A stretch of DNA of 63,964 nucleotides, filler included, from Dimargaris cristalligena (taxonomy: Eukaryota), in assembly GCA_003614675.1 (NCBI GenBank). It is 4 parts of 4 records of this genome, joined end to end, with 100 filler letters (N's around TTAATTAATTAA, not from the genome) between each part and the next. Parts side by side here need not be neighbours in the genome. Positions count along the whole stretch, not along the records: positions 50,007 to 63,964 come from ML002970.1; 3 more parts are not named here. One strand, 5' to 3'. Positions within the stretch are counted from its first letter, which is position 1, and each line of letters starts with the position of its first letter. Below, in pieces: positions 58,849 through 63,964 of the stretch. The notes beneath the pieces are model-generated. The model was not told the DNA's origin. It saw nothing but the letters and a program-made list of their open reading frames with translations, and did not search any database. Both the position numbers and the translations under genes were made by a program.

Positions 58849-59583
58849 TTATTCGCTCTTAACCCGTTTCTTGAGAGGGGCGGCTTCGTGTTCCTGGTCG
58901 GCATCCTCGTCGTCATCATCTTCATCATCATCTTCGTCGTCCTCGGACAGGAGTTCTTCCTCCCCGGAATGACCGGCCTCCTCGTCATCGTCCTCGACTT
59001 CGTCCTGGAAGTAACGCACGGCGTTGGGGAACAAATCGGTGGCCAGCAGTTCGCCGATGCTCGATTCGTTACTGGCGAACCAGTGGAAGAAGGAACTGTC
59101 CTCACCGTCGGAGGGTTTGGAGAGGTCTTTGCCGGCCTTCCAGGCGATGGTGGAGGGCTTGCAAATGATTTCCGCGGTGGTTTCGTCAAGGTCGTAATCC
59201 TTGACCAGGTGATTGTCGACGAGGTAGTCGTTGGGCTGGAACCGAAGGTGCACTTTGAATGACGAGGGGTTAGCTTCGTCGCGTTCAATGTCGAGGGAGG
59301 TCAGGAGGGCCAGAAGGTCCATCTCGTCCATCTGGACGAGGTTGCAGAGCACCGGGTGGTTTTCGATCACGGTGGCCCAGAACCGCGGGATCTGGCTGAA
59401 CAGCTTCTGGCGCTGGGCGTACAGGGGCTGCTTCTTCTGCTCGTATTTGGCGGCCAGTTTGGCCTCTTCGGCGATCAGCTCGTCGTTGATCTTCTCCAGG
59501 CCGGCATCAACATCCAGCACTTCACCCCAGAGCTTCTCCAGGGCTTGGTCGGAGGCGGCGGTCTTGGAAACTTCGTTGGTCAT
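58849..59583 (-). CDS. NAP/SET-family histone chaperone (Vps75/SET-like), 244 aa
   Basis: Long dimerisation helix, IPRFWATVIENHP, F.PNDYL..L.K.Y, I.WK.GKDL, SFFHWF and DLFPNAVRYF; acidic tail and KKR NLS. Confidence 0.92.
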   Translation of the reverse strand: MTNEVSKTAASDQALEKLWGEVLDVDAGLEKINDELIAEEAKLAAKYEQKKQPLYAQRQKLFSQIPRFWATVIENHPVLCNLVQMDEMDLLALLTSLDIERDEANPSSFKVHLRFQPNDYLVDNHLVKDYDLDETTAEIICKPSTIAWKAGKDLSKPSDGEDSSFFHWFASNESSIGELLATDLFPNAVRYFQDEVEDDDEEAGHSGEEELLSEDDEDDDEDDDDEDADQEHEAAPLKKRVKSE

Positions 59584-59776
59584 GGTGGTATATGTTGGTT
59601 GGTAGTAGATAGCGCGGAAAAGAGGGTGGGAAGAAGAGGGGGCGACGCGTGAAGAGGAGAGGATAATTAAAGCTATTTAAGGCACGTATACGAAACAACA
59701 ACAACAACTTTAGTAGGTGAAGCGCAAAGAACTGGCTCGAATTTAAAGGAATAACTGTACACAGGCGTAGGATAGG

Positions 59777-59801
59777 GAGAGAGAGAGAGAGAGAGAGAGA
59801 G
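59777..59801. repeat. (GA)n microsatellite upstream of the NAP/SET gene
   Basis: Perfect GA run. Confidence 0.85.
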
Positions 59802-60362
59802 GAGGAGTAGCCAGCAAGGCTAATACTTCTACGACACGCCCCTCCCTATGCGTGAGGAGAGAGGGAGAAATAATAGGTGAAAAAAAGAATAGAAATTACC
59901 ACACGGGGCAAAATAAACTCCCATGATTCGTGAGGCGCGGATGGTCTATCATCATCATATCATCCTCAGCCGCGTCAATCCGCCGCTTATTATGGTCAAA
60001 TTGCGCCCATCCGCCAAAATTACGCCCTTCCTGACAATGAAAGAGCTCCTCCGCTCCCCTTCTCTGTTTATCCCCTCGCAGCCAGTGGAGTAGGGGGTAT
60101 ACACTATATAATGATAATGCCAGTCAGGAAAAACCCCTGTGCAACAACCCCCGCGACGGGCACCATCAACCAACGCATTTCCTCCATTTCAATAATCAAA
60201 ACACCGTGGATTTCATAACTTGTTTACTCAAAAATAATACACGAAAAAGGCCCCGTCGACCGGCAAATCCAAAATTACCACCAAACGACAAGTACAGTTA
60301 TACAGAAGGGTGGTGTGGGTGATATCCTCCTTCCCTTAGCCTCTTTTTCATACTTTTTGGTT

Positions 60363-63300
60363 TTATAATTCCTGGAGTGCATCGCTAAACAGCAAGTCGG
60401 TGATTTGCTTTCGAAGTCCGTCGGAGTCGCATTGGATTTTAGTCCGGTCTTTGTCGCAGATTATTGTCGCTTGGGCGGAGGTCCCCGTCACTGTTATAAC
60501 CACTTTATCGGCGCCCTTGTGTTCAAGCGATACCAGCTCAAGGGCCGGGTTCTGATATTAGCCCAATGGCGGTGGGTTAGTCCAGGTAGGGCGATATAGT
60601 AGGGGCTTTGGTTAGCAGAGGTAATTTAACTAAGACTCATTCAAAAACATAATCTGACAGGTACATTTATCATAGCAACGAGTCCTATAGGCTACACCAA
60701 TGCATCATTAAAATATATTAAGAAAATACGTGTGTATATGACTGACAATTTCAATGGCCTGTGTCAGTCGATCGGCCACCCAGCTCCCGCAGAGTAGTGG
60801 CTTGGCCTTAGGGATGGATTTGCGAACTTTGAGATACGACTGGATCCAGAGCCCGTCGCGTTCGGATCGAAGAAGGCCTCGCACCCGGACGATCGTTTTA
60901 CCGTCAATCTGGTGGACGGTGGCATTTTTGGCCGTCTAGAGTCGCACAGTAACCACGTAGAAAGCAAAAATTTGAGTACCCACCCAAACAAAAGCCGGTT
61001 ATACATGTTTTAAAAGAAAAACTATCCCTAATAATACCACGGGAGGCTGGGTAATACTCCTGCCAATAGTGTATTAACCCTAGGCGTACGGTAATTATAG
61101 AGAAAGAACAAGAGCGAGAGAAGTGTTCCCTTTGGTCGGTGTACCACTTACATCTTCTGATAAATGTACCTGTTGCCGCTGGGGAACCCCGGGTTGCCAG
61201 CTAATCGTTTCCGGAAAAGCGTAGGACACAAAGCGCTTCCCACCCTGCCCGGCCTCGGTGACCCCATTCGGCAGTTCATTATAGATTACGCTAGGTAAAA
61301 TTACGGTGGAGGCCGCGGTGCGTTGGATCAAGTGGTGCACGTCCGGGGGGCTAAGGTTCATTTCCAGGGGAATCGTATGAATCGTACATTTCGGGGCAGC
61401 GGATACGACTTGTTTGCGGGCCCGGAGTTTTTCCCAGGCCCGGAACACCACCGACCAAGGGCCAACGGAGGAGGCGGGAACACCTGCCGAAACGGAAGAG
61501 GACGAAGGTGCATCCAAGCTAGCGGACCAGGCGGTATGGTGGTGGTGGTCCATGGGATCAGTTAGAATCACGGTGTGGCGATCGTGCTCTCCCCAGTGGA
61601 CCAGCAGCTCCACGGCCGGTCCACGACTCCAGGTGGGGTCATGACCGGCGAAGATAATACACGGCTCCTGGAAACTAATCGAGGTCAGTTGGTCCAGCGA
61701 GGCGCAATACGTCAAACGCCCGGAACTGATCAACTCGTCCTGGACCAGGGGACTTTCGGGTAAGTAAATAAGATTCTGTTTCTCCGGACACATCCACTCG
61801 CCCATAATATTGGCGTAGAGCAGGGATCGGTCGGCCACCGGCGACACTGCATAAAAATGGATCTTGCCCATGTTCTGCGCGTCAAGGGCGTAGGCCAGAA
61901 CTTCGAGGAGATCAAAGACAGGGCCCATGATAGGCCCCGGAAACAGCACATTGCCCTTGCGCTTCAGGGTGGCCAAAGCGACACTGGTGATTTGGTTAAA
62001 TACCTGGGATAACGGGGTAGGAGGGCCTCCGCCCCGAATGGCCGCCGATGCGGTGTAGGGGCCCCCCAGGAAGAGGGTGTCGGTATCGTCAATCACGGTG
62101 TAGTCCAAATTGCTCGGATGCGTGGCCGCCCAGAGAGAGGAGTTGGACACTAGGGAGAGGCGCTGGTGTTGATGCTCTACAATCCAATTGGCACTGCCTA
62201 GGGCGTAGCCCGAGCTGTAAGGCGTGATCCGCGTGTGCTTAAAGGGGTAGCAAGTCTCCTTGTATCGGATTTCTTGGACCTTCTCTAATGATTTGTAGAG
62301 ATCGTCCAGGCTATATGGCAGGGCTCTGGTAGTAGAGATGGCAGCCGTACGGGTAGCACTGGAGGGGCCTGCTTCCCCGGTAATCATCGGGGCTTCTGGG
62401 TACCGGAGCAGCTCTTCGATTGTACACCTAAGTTATCGACCCATATTAATGGCGAATATACATTTATGCAATAATAACAGTAACAACAGAAAACATGGGC
62501 TGTCAATCGAACGATGAAACCCCTCAGTGATCTAAACAATCCGAACGTGGAAGCCGATAAGGGCGTAGTCTTCTGAATAAAATAATTAGACGAGACCTGT
62601 ACTTACCTTCCGAAGACCAACCCAACCTCTGTAAAGTAAATATCCCCAGAAAACTCAGTATACTCGGTAATAAACGGCAGTGTAATCATCTGAGCATGAT
62701 TGGAAATCAATATGAAGTCGACCGACGGCCAGTCCACTCGATGGAGGTCAGCCCAAAGACTAGATTGAATGTTCTCTATCCTTAATTTACCCTCGGAATC
62801 TAGAAGCGCAATGTATAGTAGGAATATGTGTATATAAATATCCAAATGGGAAAGGTAGGGCAATAGGGTCAGGGGGGTCTAGGGGCGCAGAGAAGGAAAG
62901 TGGGGTGAACGGTGCAGCTAAATAAATAGGCGGGTAAATCTATGTATATAGCACTAATAGACTTAATCGAGGCGGGGTTCTACTCTACCTTTGGTTTCGG
63001 TATCGGAAGGCCGACCGCAATCGAATATAAAGGTTGCGCCATCTAGTTCAAATAGGTAAAAGTTGACTGCGCTGGAGCGGGTCAAACACGTCTAATATAG
63101 CATTGGCAACATGGTTCATACGGAATGAATAAGTAATTGGACACATGCTCCCTAGACATTAGGACCTAGCCTGCGACCACTCCGGGCCAACAAAGGTCGC
63201 TTAATAGCCCGATATATATATAGAGTAAGTGTATGTTCTCCCTGCGGACCCTACAGTTTGGGAGAGCATTGCCCCTCCCCCTCCCCAGTTCGTGTAACTT

Positions 63301-63437
63301 CTTATCGAATAGGCGTATAATGCGGCACTGTCGGAGGGGCCGAATTCTACGTGGGTCACCCATTCTAGGGTATTGTCTGAGGGTCTTCGCGTCCATCGTT
63401 AGGAAAGGTCGGCTAGGGGACCTACCATGCGCGCCAT
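60363..63437 (-). CDS. INTS9: Integrator complex subunit 9 (inactive MBL/beta-CASP), ~653 aa; exons 63437-63426, 63091-62989, 62799-62607, 62427-61152, 60935-60747, 60551-60363
   Basis: Five frame-preserving GT-AG introns. FIFDCG, VDFILISN...LPFITEYTEFSG.IY.TE, SSGYALGSANW, GNVLFP...G..FDLLE, SPVADRSL.YANIMGEW and YLPE.P match INTS9; no HxHxDH metal motif. Confidence 0.88.
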
Positions 63438-63655
63438 GATTACGGAGGTTGAAACTATGTGGGAGAAGAGTGCCGGTGCGTTGCTGACTATAGGCCAGGG
63501 TGAGAAAAGAGCACAAGGTGAATTAGAGATGGCTAAGGTGAAATTAAATAGAGAACTCCCAATATACGATGGTAAAAAATGAAGGCACATTGCATGCATG
63601 GCCTTCCAATATGAACGTGGCTGTAATTCAGCCCCGCTGTAAATGGCTTTGAATG

Positions 63656-63800
63656 ATATGGGAGTAGTTCAATAAGGTTGTATAACAAAATATCCATTTG
63701 ATGAGGCAAATACTGCTGGTTGAAATTAAACATCCCACCAATTTTCCCACACACATAGCAGTTAAAACCTTATACCACTGAGCCGAACTTCACCCATATG
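63656..63800 (-). mobile_element. MITE-like element, full-length, minus orientation
   Basis: Reverse complement reads catatgggtgaagttcggctcagtggtataagg...gaactactcccatat. Confidence 0.8.
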
Positions 63801-63802
63801 AT

Positions 63803-63896
63803 TATGGGAAAATAGGCGGGTGATTCATTTTCAACTCGTAGCATTTTCCTAATTCAACGGATTTTTCGTTTTACAGTCTGGGTGAACATCTTTCAT
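63803..63896 (+). mobile_element. MITE-like element, 3' part, abutting the previous copy in opposite orientation
   Basis: tatgggaaaat...attttca...ggatttttcgtt.tacag.ctgg.tgaac matches 40228-40321. Confidence 0.65.
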
Positions 63897-63964
63897 GGTG
63901 AATACCCCAAAAAAGTCGACGGGGTTATGAAATATATGAAAGAGAAAGTACATTATTGTGAAAG

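Overview
Eukaryotic (fungal) genomic DNA. Four contigs are joined by three artificial 100-nt linkers (N44-TTAATTAATTAA-N44), so adjacency across the linkers is not guaranteed. GT-AG introns, a division-1 chitin synthase and several genes shared with animals but absent from budding yeast (Integrator INTS9, TBCK, an animal-like APC15, a possible SNAPC5) suggest an early-diverging fungus, probably Zoopagomycota- or Mucoromycota-like (inference). Genes reconstructed by hand, with exons: secreted orphan, chitin synthase, paraoxonase-like propeller, tRNA-Thr(AGT), C2H2 transcription factor, TM-RING-H2 ligase, GID4/VID24, APC15-like, acidic SNAPC5-motif protein, conserved mitochondrial protein, COX8/COX7C, PUS3/DEG1, ADE13, Snt1/NCoR-like SANT protein (cut by a gap), small basic secreted protein, TBCK, NAP/SET chaperone and INTS9. 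Repeats: a ~145-bp MITE-like family (7 copies or fragments), LTR-like ends at contig edges, a solo LTR with a 5-bp TSD nested in another repeat whose empty site is also in the window, and a 1.44-kb tract with no CpG. Main highlights: possible animal-type snRNA machinery (SNAPC5-like plus INTS9), a paraoxonase homologue lacking the catalytic His dyad, a three-SANT NCoR/Snt1 architecture, and CpG-directed decay of repeats. All homology calls rest on recalled motifs; no searches were run.
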